Shown here: in pieces, positions 19,564 to 30,391 of the stretch
How the letters are laid out: every line of letters starts with the position of its first letter
Numbering within the stretch: the stretch's first letter is position 1
NCBI GenBank assembly: GCA_028867135.1
Contig: JAGWGW010000002.1
Span: forward strand, 22,170-86,169
DNA length: 64,000 nucleotides
Origin: Candidatus Micrarchaeota archaeon
GTDB taxonomy: Archaea; Micrarchaeota; Micrarchaeia; Micrarchaeales; CABMGC01
Reading direction: 5' to 3'
The notes under the pieces: generated by a model
What the model saw: only the letters and a program-made list of their open reading frames with translations
What the model was told of the DNA's origin: nothing
Database searches by the model: none
Translations under genes and position numbers: made by a program

Positions 19564-21315
19564 ATGAGGGTTTCAGGCTTAGCCGCACCGTTTCTGGTTC
19601 TTGTATTGTCACTCGGAATCTCGAACGCCTGGACCCTGCAACAGGGTTATTCCGTCCAGTATGCGCTCAATGTATCGGTGCCGTCAACGATAGCCATAGG
19701 CTACAATGTAAGCAACATTGCCGTTTTGTCAGTGATGTCATCATCGCAGTATGGCTCATACCTGAACGGGTCCAGCGTCTATCCATTATACAACAGCACC
19801 GTCTCCGGTCAGGACATCAAGACGATCAGCTTGCCAGCCGGTTCGTACTACGCTATCCTCGATGCCAAATACGCTACCATCAACTATTCGTACAGCGCAT
19901 TTGCAGCCCCTGCCGGCAGCATTCAAAGCATACTTGTCAATACCAAATACAGTCTTCCCCTGGACCTGCAGAATTACAGCGATATAAACCTAAGCTTTGT
20001 CAGCGATCATCCGCTAAAAGTCTATCTTCCAGGCGGCTATAACTATACGATAAATGGGTCTGTTCTATATTGGAATTTCCACGAGAACAGGGGACAGAAC
20101 TATATCAACTTTACCTCCCTGCAGGCGACAAGGGTGTTTTTATTACTGAACGCCACGCCTGCCATAATCGACCCCCTTAGATACAACATGACAAACTTTA
20201 CAAATCCCCAGCCAATCGGGATCGCCAGCTATGGACTCTACAACTACTCAGGACAATTCACCCCGTACCAGATAAACACCACGGAGATAGAAGGGACCGC
20301 TAACATTACCGAAATATCTGCTTATAACGCAATGCCTCCGGTGAACGTATCGAAATACGGGGCCAGCCTGCAGTTGAACGCCTTGATGAACATCGAATCA
20401 AATGGAAAGAGGTACACTTATTGGCTGCAAAACATCATGTCATTGAACACCAGCAACATGTCCTACTATATATACGACAACGTATGGAACTACAGCGGCA
20501 GCAGGGCCAACATTTCAAATTCGACTTTATCTGGCAACGGCTGGATCTCAAGCACTTCAGTAATAGACAACGGAGGAGCGGTCTATGAGCAGGAATTCTA
20601 TGGTTCCCCAATTCATGCGCGTCTTTATACCTATCCGCTATATTTCTCGCCGATCATAAAGATAGGATATAAACTAGGCAATCCGATAGTGTCATTCGGC
20701 TACTACTCGGCACTGGGAACCTACTACTATGACAATGTATCATTCAATATTCCGTCGGATAATGCCTACATCCTGATGACACCGTACTACGAAACCCCAT
20801 CCGGGAACCTCTATGATATAGAATTCGTCTTCGGAGGGGAGAACAGTGGAGAGATTACCAATTTTGGGCAACTCAACGCAACAATCCAAGCCTATTACTA
20901 TGACAACGGCACAATGAAACCTCTACAGTCTGTCTATACCTTCGGAAGCGATACTGCAGAAGCTGCCACGAACCTCAGAACTCTTCCGAGCCCTAGAGGT
21001 GCGCTCGTTACCACGGGCACGCCGAACTACACCCGCATATTGTATTCCCAAAACAGAATTACGGTTTCCACCACAACAACAATGTCTAGCACGGTTCCCA
21101 CAACCTCGTTGTCGGTGAACCAAACAACAGTGCCAACATACAGCACAACGACAATTCCACAGAACAATCCCTCTTCAAACGACCTGTTGATAGGAATCGT
21201 CGCCCTCGTCGTGATAGGCGGCTTTGCAATTGCCGTAATCTACCTGGTATTAAGGGGCATGATATCTGCTGCTAAAAAAGGAAAGGGCGGTAGAAGAGGC
21301 ATGAAGATACAGTAA
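19564..21315 (+). CDS. Thermopsin family (A5) surface protease
   Basis: PIGIASYG, ASLQLNA, YWLQN, DNVWN, DIEFVFGG and FGSDTAEA motifs; signal peptide, Thr-rich linker and C-terminal TM. Confidence 0.88.
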   Translation: MRVSGLAAPFLVLVLSLGISNAWTLQQGYSVQYALNVSVPSTIAIGYNVSNIAVLSVMSSSQYGSYLNGSSVYPLYNSTVSGQDIKTISLPAGSYYAILDAKYATINYSYSAFAAPAGSIQSILVNTKYSLPLDLQNYSDINLSFVSDHPLKVYLPGGYNYTINGSVLYWNFHENRGQNYINFTSLQATRVFLLLNATPAIIDPLRYNMTNFTNPQPIGIASYGLYNYSGQFTPYQINTTEIEGTANITEISAYNAMPPVNVSKYGASLQLNALMNIESNGKRYTYWLQNIMSLNTSNMSYYIYDNVWNYSGSRANISNSTLSGNGWISSTSVIDNGGAVYEQEFYGSPIHARLYTYPLYFSPIIKIGYKLGNPIVSFGYYSALGTYYYDNVSFNIPSDNAYILMTPYYETPSGNLYDIEFVFGGENSGEITNFGQLNATIQAYYYDNGTMKPLQSVYTFGSDTAEAATNLRTLPSPRGALVTTGTPNYTRILYSQNRITVSTTTTMSSTVPTTSLSVNQTTVPTYSTTTIPQNNPSSNDLLIGIVALVVIGGFAIAVIYLVLRGMISAAKKGKGGRRGMKIQ

Positions 21316-21327
21316 GACTGGGAAATG

Positions 21328-21402
21328 CGGGCATGACGGGATTTGAACCCGCAACCAACGGCTCCGCAAGCCGACGTGCTATCCAAGTTGCACCACATGC
21401 CC
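21328..21402 (-). tRNA. tRNA-Arg(GCG)
   Basis: Reverse complement reads GGGCATG-TG-GTGC..GCAC-G-TCGGC-TT-GCG-GA-GCCGT-TGGTT-GCGGG-TTCAAAT-CCCGT-CATGCCC-G. Confidence 0.95.
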
Positions 21403-21474
21403 AGCTACATATCTTTTTATATATTGTTATTTAATAGCTTAATACTTGTCATTGGTTTTAACAATAGTGAGCAT

Positions 21475-21642
21475 ATGGCAGATAACCCTGGAAAGATTTG
21501 CGTTTCATGCGGGAGGCTTACGAACCAGTATGTGGAGTTCAGGTGCCCGAGCTGCAGCGAAGGCGACATGATAAGGTGCTACAGCTGCAGGGAGAAGCAC
21601 ACGAGGTACAGATGCACGAAGTGCGAGTTCGAGGGACCGTAA
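21475..21642 (+). CDS. Small zinc-ribbon protein (DUF1610 type)
   Basis: Four CxxC motifs ending in FEGP; conserved position before EF-1beta. Confidence 0.9.
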   Translation: MADNPGKICVSCGRLTNQYVEFRCPSCSEGDMIRCYSCREKHTRYRCTKCEFEGP

Positions 21643-21881
21643 TGGGAATGGTCGCGACCGTCTTCAAGGTCTATTCTGACGATACGGAGGGCACTGCGAA
21701 GGCGATTAAGGAAAAGCTGTCTCCAAAGTCTCTGCAGTTGATGGAGATCGCGTTCGGGATCAAGGTCATAAAGGTCATGTTCGTCCACGAGGATTCTGAG
21801 GGCAGCAACATATTCGAGGACAGGCTCAGGAACATAGAAGGGGTCAAGGAGGTCGAAGTCGAGGACGAAACCCTCCTGTAA
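21642..21881 (+). CDS. ef1b: Elongation factor 1-beta
   Basis: EIAFGIKVI and IEGVKEVEV motifs; start overlaps the upstream stop. Confidence 0.9.
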   Translation: MGMVATVFKVYSDDTEGTAKAIKEKLSPKSLQLMEIAFGIKVIKVMFVHEDSEGSNIFEDRLRNIEGVKEVEVEDETLL

Positions 21882-21949
21882 CTGCTCATCCTACAGAGGA
21901 ATTATATTGTTTTTCAGGCATAGGATAGTGTTTCCTTTGCGTGATTAAA

Positions 21950-24250
21950 GTGATAAAATCCATAGAGCTTGTTAACTGGAAGACGCATGGCTCTACAAGG
22001 CTCAATTTCGCCAGGGGCACCAACCTCCTCATAGGCCAGATGGGAGCGGGCAAGAGCTCCATAATGGATGCGATATCGTTCGCGCTCTTCGGCACGTTCC
22101 CGTCGATGAGCAGGGGCAGCGTCGGCGGCCTCATAAGGAACAAGCCGTCGCAGAAACGCGAGGCGAAGATAAGGCTGGAATTCACAAACGGTGACGATGA
22201 ATACGCTGTCGAGAGAAGGCTGACGCTCGACGGCCCATCCTCAGCTGAGCTCAAGAGGAACGGCTCGTACCTACAATCGCAGCCGAAAAGGGTTACCGAG
22301 GAGATAGAAAGGATACTGAGGATAGACTATGACCTTTTCTCCAAGGCGATATACGCAGAACAGAACGGCCTAGATTATTTCCTCAACATAGACCCTAGGG
22401 AGAGGAAGAGGAAGATAGACGGGTTCCTTGGCTTGGACAGGTTCGTAAATGCATTGGAGAACACCAAGGCTACGATGAACGACCTGAACAGGACTGCCTC
22501 TTCTGACGAGCAGATCGCCGAGGGTTTCGATGTCAAGCAGCTAAACGAGCAGCTAGGTGCAATTGCAGCTGAGCTTGAGGGGTACAGGAAGACGAACAGC
22601 GAGGCCAAGGAGAGGAAAAAGGACGTGGAGAAGGAAAAGGATGCTGTGGAGAGGGAGCTCAAGGCCTCCAAAGAGATGTACGACAAGAGGATGAAGCTCG
22701 ACAAGCAGATACAGGAAATGGGAGGAAGGCTCTCCGCGCTTAAGCATGAGATAGGGGAGATAAAGAAGAAAGGGCTGATGGGTAAGGAGGAACTGGATGC
22801 TGGGATCAGGAAGGCTGAGAAGCAGTTGAAGGCATTGGTAGATGACGAGAAAGAGATGGGAGAAAGGCTGCTCAGTGCGCAAGGCGTAAAGGCAAAGCTG
22901 GAAGGAGACCTTGCAAGGGCCAGGAAGGACCTTTCGGAGATGGAACGCCTGAAGAAGGAGATACACGGAAAGGACATAGACGAGTTCAGGAAGAGGCATG
23001 AGGCACTTGCGAAGGAGATTGAAGAGGCTGTGAAGGAGTCTGCATCCTCGATGGCCATGAAGGAAGAGAAGGAGAGGGCGCTTGCGGAATTGAAGAAGCA
23101 TATAAGCAAATGCCCCGTATGCGAGAGGGATCTTGACGAAGGACTCAAGCAGAAGCTGACGCAGAAGAACATGAAGGAGATAGCGAGCATGAGGAAGAGG
23201 ATCGACGAGCTCAAGAGCATGGACGGCTCCAAAAGGAAGGAGCGGGACTCGATTTCAGAACAATTGAAGAAAATGGAGATCTCGTCTGACAAGCTCAAGG
23301 ACTATGAGGGTATAGAAGGTAGGCTGAAAGAGATAGAGGGCAGCATCACCAAGTCTGCGAAGGATTCCGAGTCTGCAAAGAGCGGGCATGAAGCGGCCAA
23401 GGAGCGCGTGCTTAAGGCCAGAGACAGCATAGCCTCGCTCAGGTCATCCAGGGAAACCGTTGAGAGGGGGGAGGCGTATGCGGCTGAGGCTAAACGCATT
23501 GATAAGGAGATATCCGACAGGAGGGCAGAGCAGCAGGGGATAGACGTCAGCCAGGAGAGGCTTGACGCGCTGCAGGCCGATTTCTCGGATAGGAGCTCGA
23601 TGCTGAGCAAGATCAACGCGGAGATAGAGTCCAATTCGAGATACATGTCGGACAAGGAGAAGCAGATCGAGGGCAAGAGGGTTGAGATAGCGAAGGTCGA
23701 GAGGATATATGAGACCATAAAGAAGAAGAAAAGGATCGTGGAGGAGCTCGCGAAGTTCAGGAGTTCGCTTGAGGAGACGCAGGTCGTGCTCAGGAGCAGG
23801 CTTGTCGGCTCGGTCAACGAGATAATGCACGAGATATGGCCGCAGATATACCCTTATGGCGATTATACAAGCATAATGCTGGATGCTACTGACAACGATT
23901 ACGTGCTCAAGCTGAGATCTGTAGTCGACAATGAGGAGATATGGCAGGAGGTGGAGGCGATAGCCAGCGGCGGCGAGAGGAGCACCGCATGCCTTACCAT
24001 GAGGATAGCGATAGCCCTGGTCCTTGTGCCAAACCTGAAGTGGCTGATCCTCGACGAACCGACCCACAACATCGACAGGGAGGGGATAGCAAAGTTCGTC
24101 GAGGTGCTCAACGATGCAATCCCTAAGATAATCGACCAGACGTTCATAATAACGCATGACGAGGCGCTGAAGCAGGTCAGCAACGCCAAGATATACATGC
24201 TTAACAGGAACAAGGACGAGCATCAGGAGACAGGCGTAATAGAGCTTTGA
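21950..24250 (+). CDS. rad50: Rad50 SMC-family ATPase
   Basis: GQMGAGKSS, coiled coil with CPVC zinc hook, SGGE signature and ILDEPTHNID. Confidence 0.92.
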   Translation: MIKSIELVNWKTHGSTRLNFARGTNLLIGQMGAGKSSIMDAISFALFGTFPSMSRGSVGGLIRNKPSQKREAKIRLEFTNGDDEYAVERRLTLDGPSSAELKRNGSYLQSQPKRVTEEIERILRIDYDLFSKAIYAEQNGLDYFLNIDPRERKRKIDGFLGLDRFVNALENTKATMNDLNRTASSDEQIAEGFDVKQLNEQLGAIAAELEGYRKTNSEAKERKKDVEKEKDAVERELKASKEMYDKRMKLDKQIQEMGGRLSALKHEIGEIKKKGLMGKEELDAGIRKAEKQLKALVDDEKEMGERLLSAQGVKAKLEGDLARARKDLSEMERLKKEIHGKDIDEFRKRHEALAKEIEEAVKESASSMAMKEEKERALAELKKHISKCPVCERDLDEGLKQKLTQKNMKEIASMRKRIDELKSMDGSKRKERDSISEQLKKMEISSDKLKDYEGIEGRLKEIEGSITKSAKDSESAKSGHEAAKERVLKARDSIASLRSSRETVERGEAYAAEAKRIDKEISDRRAEQQGIDVSQERLDALQADFSDRSSMLSKINAEIESNSRYMSDKEKQIEGKRVEIAKVERIYETIKKKKRIVEELAKFRSSLEETQVVLRSRLVGSVNEIMHEIWPQIYPYGDYTSIMLDATDNDYVLKLRSVVDNEEIWQEVEAIASGGERSTACLTMRIAIALVLVPNLKWLILDEPTHNIDREGIAKFVEVLNDAIPKIIDQTFIITHDEALKQVSNAKIYMLNRNKDEHQETGVIEL

Positions 24251-24302
24251 CCATTGCGATGCGCCGTCTGAAGCCCCAGCCTTTGGCCGGATGAGGAGAA
24301 GA

Positions 24303-24533
24303 TCAACTTTGCTTTGACTTTCTTACAATAAAATAGGCTAAGCCGCTTGTTACCCAAGCAATCACAAGTCCGACTCCAACTCCTCGGAAGTATGCGTTTC
24401 CTGTGAGATGTCCTGCTAAAAGCATTATCACGCTGACAATAAACTCTAATAGAATGAGCATTAGTATGAGAGACGCATAGGTCACGCTCCTCCGCCACAT
24501 CTCCATACGACTTCTTTTATCCGTATTCTTCAA
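24303..24533 (-). CDS. Small two-TM hypothetical membrane protein
   Basis: Two hydrophobic stretches; fills the gap downstream of ftsZ. Confidence 0.5.
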   Translation of the reverse strand: MKNTDKRSRMEMWRRSVTYASLILMLILLEFIVSVIMLLAGHLTGNAYFRGVGVGLVIAWVTSGLAYFIVRKSKQS

Positions 24534-24578
24534 CTCTTAACCATGTTTTGAAATGCCCAGTTCTTTAGGATGAGTCCT

Positions 24579-25616
24579 TTATATCATTCCGAAGCCCAGA
24601 TTGCTGCCCTGCGGCTCCTCTTCCTTGCCCACTATCGACGATCCCTTTACCCCTGTGAATATAGCTATCACCTCTACCTTGCCTGCGTAATCCCTGTCGA
24701 GCCTTGCGCCCCAGATAACCTCGGCGTTCGGAGCCGAGCTTGCCGTGAGCTTCTCGCCTATCTGGTTCGCATCGCCTAATGTAAGGTCCGGTCCTCCTGT
24801 TATGTGAAGCAGCACCCCTTTCGCGTCGCTGTAATCAACATCGAGCAGCTTGTTCCTGAGCGTATCCTGCACAACCTCCTCTACCCTGTTTGATCCGTGC
24901 GCAGAGCCTACGCTTATCATTGCGAGCCCTCCCCTGTTCATGATGCTCCTTACGTCCGCGAAGTCGAGGTTGATCAGGCTGGGCTGCGTGATCGCCTCTG
25001 TTATGCCGCGTACGGCCTTTGCGGTTATCTCGTCGGCAATCGCAAACGTCTTCTCTATTGGAAGGTTTGGATACACCTGCACGAGCTTCTGGTTGTCTAT
25101 TATTATGAGCGTGTCGACCTGCTCCCTCAGCCTCTTTATCCCCTTTCTTGCAGTCTCGAGCCTTACCCTCTCGAGCGAGAAAGGTATAGTTACCACGCCT
25201 ATGACTATCGCGCCGTTCTCCCTAGCTATCCTTCCCACTATCGGCGCCGCGCCTGTTCCCGTTCCGCCTCCCATTCCTGCTGTGAGAAAGACCATGTTCA
25301 GGTCCTTTATCAGAATCTCTATCTCGTGGCTTGACATCTCAGCCGCTTTCTCCCCTATCTCCGGGTATCCGCCAGCGCCCAATCCGTGTGTCAGCGTCTT
25401 TCCCAGCATAAGCTTCGTTATGTTGGGAGGTATCATGTTTATCTGCTTCGCATCTGTATTGAACGCAAAAAGGCTAGCCCCTCTTACGTCAAGTCTTCCC
25501 AGCCTCTCGACCGTGTTGTTTCCTCCTCCTCCGACTCCAACAACCCCTATCCTGGGTTTGAAGGCCTCAAAATCGCTTGCGTCAAAATTAGCGTTCTTTA
25601 TCGTGTCGCCGTACAT
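24579..25616 (-). CDS. ftsZ: Cell division protein FtsZ
   Basis: VGVGGGGNN, GMGGGTGTG and INLDFADV motifs. Confidence 0.97.
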   Translation of the reverse strand: MYGDTIKNANFDASDFEAFKPRIGVVGVGGGGNNTVERLGRLDVRGASLFAFNTDAKQINMIPPNITKLMLGKTLTHGLGAGGYPEIGEKAAEMSSHEIEILIKDLNMVFLTAGMGGGTGTGAAPIVGRIARENGAIVIGVVTIPFSLERVRLETARKGIKRLREQVDTLIIIDNQKLVQVYPNLPIEKTFAIADEITAKAVRGITEAITQPSLINLDFADVRSIMNRGGLAMISVGSAHGSNRVEEVVQDTLRNKLLDVDYSDAKGVLLHITGGPDLTLGDANQIGEKLTASSAPNAEVIWGARLDRDYAGKVEVIAIFTGVKGSSIVGKEEEPQGSNLGFGMI

Positions 25617-25689
25617 GCACATCCCTCTGATTAATGACGCATGGCAATAATAAATATCTTTGCAAAAAAGCACATATAGTGGAAATGAC

Positions 25690-26544
25690 ATGGGAGAGCT
25701 GAAAAACGCAAAGTCGCAGTCTGCGATGGAGTACCTGATGACCTATGGATGGGCGATACTCGCAATCGCCATTGTGATGGTTTCGTTGTATTCGTTGGGT
25801 ATCTTCAACCTGGGCAACTTGGCGCCTACTGCAACTCCGGGCTCCTGCCAGGTGATAAGGACCGCTGCGCAGACGAGCCTTGCAGGGCAATGCAACAACC
25901 TGATTCCGAAGTACGTCGGACAGTTCAACGGTGGCTACATTACAACAGGTGCAACGGGTTTTCCTAAGGGTAATGCCGATATATCCATGTTTGCATGGAT
26001 AAATGAACGGCAAGCCACCTCTTATCCTAATGTAGCCTATATAACTGGCTCTGGAACGAGTGCCCAGATAAATACGAATAATGCGACTTCATCGACACTT
26101 AACCCAAGAATGTGTACCGCTGGATATTGCTGGATAGATTCTAGGATATTTACAACGAACCAGTGGGCTATGCTAGGTTTCACCTATTCAGCTAGCACAG
26201 GCAATGTGATCATCTATTTAAATGGGGTTGGAGGGAGTCCCTTAACAGGTGGCGGGCAAAACTTCCAAACAACGTCATTTAGTATAGGCGCAGGTCCGCG
26301 TTTCTTCAATGGTTCAATCGCTAATGTCCAAGTTTACAATATCTCATTAGACAATGCCACTGTAAAGGCGCTCTACCGGGAAGGGATAGGCGGTGCGCCG
26401 ATAGATCTCCAGCATATTGTCGGATGGTGGCCTCTCAACGGCAATGCCAATGACTACTCTGGCAACAATAATCAGGGAACAGTTACTAATCCTGTAGTCT
26501 GGAACGCGAACTGGCAGAGCGGATATACATCCCCTGCCTCCTGA
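25690..26544 (+). CDS. Class III signal (pilin-like) LamG-domain surface protein, copy 1
   Basis: KSQSAMEYLMTYGWAIL N-terminus; LamG-like core (QW...GFTY...IYLNG...FNGSIANVQVYN). Confidence 0.88.
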   Translation: MGELKNAKSQSAMEYLMTYGWAILAIAIVMVSLYSLGIFNLGNLAPTATPGSCQVIRTAAQTSLAGQCNNLIPKYVGQFNGGYITTGATGFPKGNADISMFAWINERQATSYPNVAYITGSGTSAQINTNNATSSTLNPRMCTAGYCWIDSRIFTTNQWAMLGFTYSASTGNVIIYLNGVGGSPLTGGGQNFQTTSFSIGAGPRFFNGSIANVQVYNISLDNATVKALYREGIGGAPIDLQHIVGWWPLNGNANDYSGNNNQGTVTNPVVWNANWQSGYTSPAS

Positions 26545-26586
26545 CGAAAAGACAAAATTTATCTATTCCTAACGCATACGTTTATC

Positions 26587-28311
26587 ATGATGAATTCGAA
26601 GATTGCAGAGATCTTTGAGGAAATCGCTGACATGCTCGAGCTTGACGAGGTTGACAGGAAATTCGAGGTCCTTGCTTATAGGAAGGCTGCACAGACAATC
26701 GAGGGATTGCAGGAGCCTGTGGAGGATGTATACGCCAGGGGAGGGTTGGAGGCGCTGCAGGAGCTGCCTGGAATAGGGAAGTCGACGAGCTCGCACATCG
26801 AGGAGTACATCAAAACCGGACGCATCAAGAAATACGATGAGCTGAAGAAAAAGTTCCCGGTAGACTTCAACACCCTCACGAAGATTCCCGGATTGGGAGC
26901 CAAGAAAGCAGCAAAACTCTTCGTTACACTCAAGGTGAAGGATATTGATGATTTGAAGAAGGCACTTGAGAGGCACAAGATAAAGGACCTTGAAGGATTC
27001 GGGGAGAGGAGCGAGGAGGTCATACTGAAAGGGGTGCAGCAGTACGAATCAAGCAAGGGCAGGATGCTCCTCGGAAGGGCGCTGCCTGAGGCAGAAAGGA
27101 TAATCAAGAAGATAAAGGACTCGGGGCTCGTGCACGAGGTTGTCATAGGAGGGTCGACAAGGAGAAGGAAGGAGACTGTTGGCGATCTGGACATATTGGT
27201 GACATCGGACAAGCCGGAGAAGGTCATGGACTTCATCTCGAAGATGCATGAAGTCGAGAGCGTAGCGCTGAAAGGGCCCACCAAGACAACTGTAAGGCTG
27301 ATGATAGGGCTGAGCTGCGATGTAAGGGTTGTCGAGGATGACAGCTTCGGCGCTGCGCTGCAGTACTTCACTGGAAACAAGGAGCACAACGTCAGGATGC
27401 GCGAGATTGCGATAGGCAAAGGTCTCAAACTAAACGAGTACGGACTGTTCGACAAGAAGGACAGGAACATATCGAAGGACGGTGAGGAGGATATCTACAA
27501 GAAGCTGGGGCTCGACTGGATGCCCCCCGAGATGCGCGAGAATCGCGGGGAGATAGAGCTTGCGATGAAGCACAAGCTTCCCAAGCTTATAGAGCTTGAT
27601 GAGATAAAAGGGGACCTGCACACGCACACCATTGCAAGCGACGGCTCGTACAGCATAGTGGAGATGGCTACAGCGGCCAAGAAGCTGGGAAGGGAATACA
27701 TAGGCATAAGCGACCACAGCAAGAGCGAGTACATTGCGCGCGGGATGGACGACAGGAAGTTCGTGAAACACCTGTCTGATATAGACAAGGCGAACGATGC
27801 GGTGCAGGGAATAAGGATTCTGAAGGGCGCAGAGATCGACATACTCAAGGACGGCTCGCTTGACCTGTCTGGCAAGACCATGGAGCTGATGGACTACACG
27901 CTTGCAAGCATACACACAAACCTTTCGATGCCTAAGGAGGAGATGACGAAGAGGATAATAGCGGCTTTCGATTCAGGCTATGTCGACATATGGGCGCACC
28001 CGACAGACAGGCTGATAAACGCCAGGGGGCCGATAAGCGTGGACTTTGACAGGGTGTTCGAGGCTGCAGAGAGGAACAATGTTGTTATGGAGATCGACAG
28101 CTTTCCGGACAGGCTGGATCTCAGCGACGAGAACATATTCAAGGCCAGGAAGTACAAGCTCAGGTTCTGCATAGACACGGACTCGCATTCCACAGAGCAT
28201 CTCTCGTTCATGAGATTCGGGATCGGCATCGCGAGGAGGGGATGGCTTACAAAGGAGGATGTCGTAAACACGATGAACGCCAAGGAGCTGCTATCGTTCC
28301 TAGGGAAATGA
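26587..28311 (+). CDS. polX: DNA polymerase X with PHP domain
   Basis: HhH motifs, GSTRR..ETVGDLD, YFTG, HTH..SDG and DSH. Confidence 0.95.
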   Translation: MMNSKIAEIFEEIADMLELDEVDRKFEVLAYRKAAQTIEGLQEPVEDVYARGGLEALQELPGIGKSTSSHIEEYIKTGRIKKYDELKKKFPVDFNTLTKIPGLGAKKAAKLFVTLKVKDIDDLKKALERHKIKDLEGFGERSEEVILKGVQQYESSKGRMLLGRALPEAERIIKKIKDSGLVHEVVIGGSTRRRKETVGDLDILVTSDKPEKVMDFISKMHEVESVALKGPTKTTVRLMIGLSCDVRVVEDDSFGAALQYFTGNKEHNVRMREIAIGKGLKLNEYGLFDKKDRNISKDGEEDIYKKLGLDWMPPEMRENRGEIELAMKHKLPKLIELDEIKGDLHTHTIASDGSYSIVEMATAAKKLGREYIGISDHSKSEYIARGMDDRKFVKHLSDIDKANDAVQGIRILKGAEIDILKDGSLDLSGKTMELMDYTLASIHTNLSMPKEEMTKRIIAAFDSGYVDIWAHPTDRLINARGPISVDFDRVFEAAERNNVVMEIDSFPDRLDLSDENIFKARKYKLRFCIDTDSHSTEHLSFMRFGIGIARRGWLTKEDVVNTMNAKELLSFLGK

Positions 28312-28356
28312 GGGCTCAGAACAAGGTATATAAGCCTTGTCGCAAAATTCCTAATC

Positions 28357-28785
28357 ATGGACTTGAAGGGCATCGAGAGGAGGGCTGCACTTTTCTCCAT
28401 CGTGGTATTCGTAGTCGCAGCTGCGGCATTGGCAGTAGGCTCGCAGTACATACTTTCCAATTACGGCACGGCGCAGCAGCAGCTGTATAGGGGCGGAGTC
28501 ATAACAACATGGAGCACGACGGTATCGACAACGCTCAGCAGCATCTCCACAAAGACCACGACGTTCACGACCACTACAAGGACTACAACGATAAATTGCG
28601 GCTCCGCATTCTGCTGGGGCAGCTCTGGCACGCAGCCGAATTCCTCCTATTGCCCTAAGGGCTGCTCGCCGAGGCTTATAGGCACGTGCGGCAACGCGAA
28701 CAAGTACCAGTGCTTCACAACAACCGCATCCACGACATCGACTGCGACTACAAGCAGCGTCAAGACAACCGCAAAAGCGGCCTAG
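28357..28785 (+). CDS. Small secreted/anchored Thr-rich protein with six-Cys mini-domain
   Basis: N-terminal hydrophobic helix, Thr/Ser stalks and six Cys within 39 aa. Confidence 0.7.
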   Translation: MDLKGIERRAALFSIVVFVVAAAALAVGSQYILSNYGTAQQQLYRGGVITTWSTTVSTTLSSISTKTTTFTTTTRTTTINCGSAFCWGSSGTQPNSSYCPKGCSPRLIGTCGNANKYQCFTTTASTTSTATTSSVKTTAKAA

Positions 28786-30044
28786 TACCAGCCCCTCAGC
28801 TTCATTGCCTTTGCAACCCTGTCCACGGCAACGATGTATGCGGCCATCCTCGGGCTTATCTTCCTGCCCCTCTTCCTGTACGTCTCCTGCATGGCTATTA
28901 CGTCGTTGTACGACCTGGTTATTATGTGGTCTAGCCTTGAATAGACGTCCTGCTCGCTCCAGTAGTAGTTCTGCGTATTCTGCGCCCATTCGAAGTACGA
29001 CACTATCACTCCGCCAGAGTTGACGAGGAAGTCTGGCATGTCGACGATCCCCTTCTCAAACAGGATTTTGTCAGCCTCAGGGGTCACGGGCCCGTTCGCG
29101 AGTTCCAGGACCAGCCTCGCCTTTATCTTGTCGGCATTCTTCTTCGTTATCTGGTTCTCTATCGCTGCGGGTATGATTATATCGACATCAAGCTTGAAGA
29201 GCTCCTCGTTGGTTATCCTGTCGCCCCCCTTGTAGTCCTCAACTGTGCCCTTCTTCTTCGCTGCCTCGAGCTTCTCGTAGTCAAGGCCGTTGGGGTCGTA
29301 GACTCCGCCCTTTGAATCGGTTATCGCGACTATCTTCGCGCCGAAGACCTTCTGCGAAAGCTCGTACGCGAACTTGCCGGCGTTGCCGAATCCCTGTATC
29401 GCAATCTTTGCCTTCTTGGGATCCAGGTTCAGCCTCTTGGCCGCTTCCCTAAGCACGTACATGCCCCCCATCGCAGTGGAATCGAACCTGCCCTCCGAGC
29501 CCCATACCTCCACCGGCTTTCCTGTTATGACGCCGAATTCGTCGTAGCCGACTATCTTGCTGTACTCGTCCATCATCCACGCCATTATCTGCGGATTTGT
29601 GTACACGTCCGGGGCCGGAATGTCTGTCCTTGGACCTATGAACTTGCCTATCGCCCTTATGTATCCCCTCGACAGGTTCTCGAGCTCGGTCTCGTTCATT
29701 GATTTGGGGTCGCAGATCACGCCTCCCTTGGCACCTCCGTATGGTATGTTCGCAAGCGCGGTCTTCCACGTCATCCATGCTGCGAGCGCCTTGACTGTGT
29801 CCAGGTTCTCCGCAGGGTGGTACCTTATGCCGCCCTTGCCCGGCCCCCTAGCATCGTTGTACTGAACCCTGAAGCCGTTGAATATCTTCACCGAATGGTC
29901 CCGCATCTTAACTGGTATGTTGACAACGAGGGTGCGCATCGGCTCCCTGAGGATCTCGTGCGCTGTCTTGTCAAGCTTCATTATTTCTGCTGCTTCGTCC
30001 AGCTGCGACTGCGCTATCTTGAACGGATCAAGTTCTTCTACCAT
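28782..30044 (-). CDS. gdhA: Glutamate dehydrogenase
   Basis: [29 protein letters not shown] and ELANGP motifs. Confidence 0.96.
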   Translation of the reverse strand: MVEELDPFKIAQSQLDEAAEIMKLDKTAHEILREPMRTLVVNIPVKMRDHSVKIFNGFRVQYNDARGPGKGGIRYHPAENLDTVKALAAWMTWKTALANIPYGGAKGGVICDPKSMNETELENLSRGYIRAIGKFIGPRTDIPAPDVYTNPQIMAWMMDEYSKIVGYDEFGVITGKPVEVWGSEGRFDSTAMGGMYVLREAAKRLNLDPKKAKIAIQGFGNAGKFAYELSQKVFGAKIVAITDSKGGVYDPNGLDYEKLEAAKKKGTVEDYKGGDRITNEELFKLDVDIIIPAAIENQITKKNADKIKARLVLELANGPVTPEADKILFEKGIVDMPDFLVNSGGVIVSYFEWAQNTQNYYWSEQDVYSRLDHIITRSYNDVIAMQETYRKRGRKISPRMAAYIVAVDRVAKAMKLRGWY

Positions 30045-30059
30045 ATATCACACCAACAA

Positions 30060-30365
30060 TCATGATTCTGCGAGCGCATTGCATAGCTCGTCTATCCTGA
30101 GCACTATCTTCTCTGAAGGCTCTCCCATCTCTATGCCGGCCACTATCGCGTTTGCAAGGCCCTTTCTCTCTATGCGCCCCTTTATCTTCGCAACCTCACT
30201 GGAATACCTTCCGTTGAGGTATTTGCTCACCGCGACCTGCACTATGCCGAGCTTCTCCGCTATCTCGCCCTGCCTGTAGCGCTTGGTCATGCTCATCTTC
30301 TCCGCTATCGACGCCCTTACAGCGGGCAGCACATACCTTGTTATCTTTCCGCATTCAAGCTCCAT
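30060..30365 (-). CDS. Archaeal HTH transcriptional regulator
   Basis: LPAVRASIA...QGEIAEKLGIVQVAVSKYL pattern. Confidence 0.85.
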   Translation of the reverse strand: MELECGKITRYVLPAVRASIAEKMSMTKRYRQGEIAEKLGIVQVAVSKYLNGRYSSEVAKIKGRIERKGLANAIVAGIEMGEPSEKIVLRIDELCNALAES

Positions 30366-30391
30366 GAAGATCATTGTCAAACTGCATCCTT

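Noticed and set aside
17902-21327. Possible integrated element between two convergent tRNA-Arg genes (AT-richer thermopsin gene)
   Set aside because: No integrase and no duplicated tRNA 3' end (att site) seen; the composition can be explained by an Asn/Tyr/Thr-rich surface protein.
21950-24250. Rad50 without adjacent mre11/nurA/herA; likewise MoxR (11480-12388) without a VWA partner
   Set aside because: Operon fragmentation is evident throughout this window, and the partners may lie elsewhere in the genome.
24251-24302. Minus-strand CCGGCCAAAGGC...TTCAGA resembling a tRNA-Leu D-arm fragment
   Set aside because: No anticodon stem, T-arm or acceptor pairing; likely chance.
26587-28311. PolX as a possibly inactive variant
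   Set aside because: The catalytic GDLD, the third Asp (DVRVV) and the PHP His motifs appear intact; an ordinary PolX-PHP.
28501-28780. ACN-rich quasi-repeats suggesting a tandem array or CRISPR
   Set aside because: These are Thr codon runs inside a CDS, with no constant repeat-spacer structure. No CRISPR array was seen anywhere in the window.
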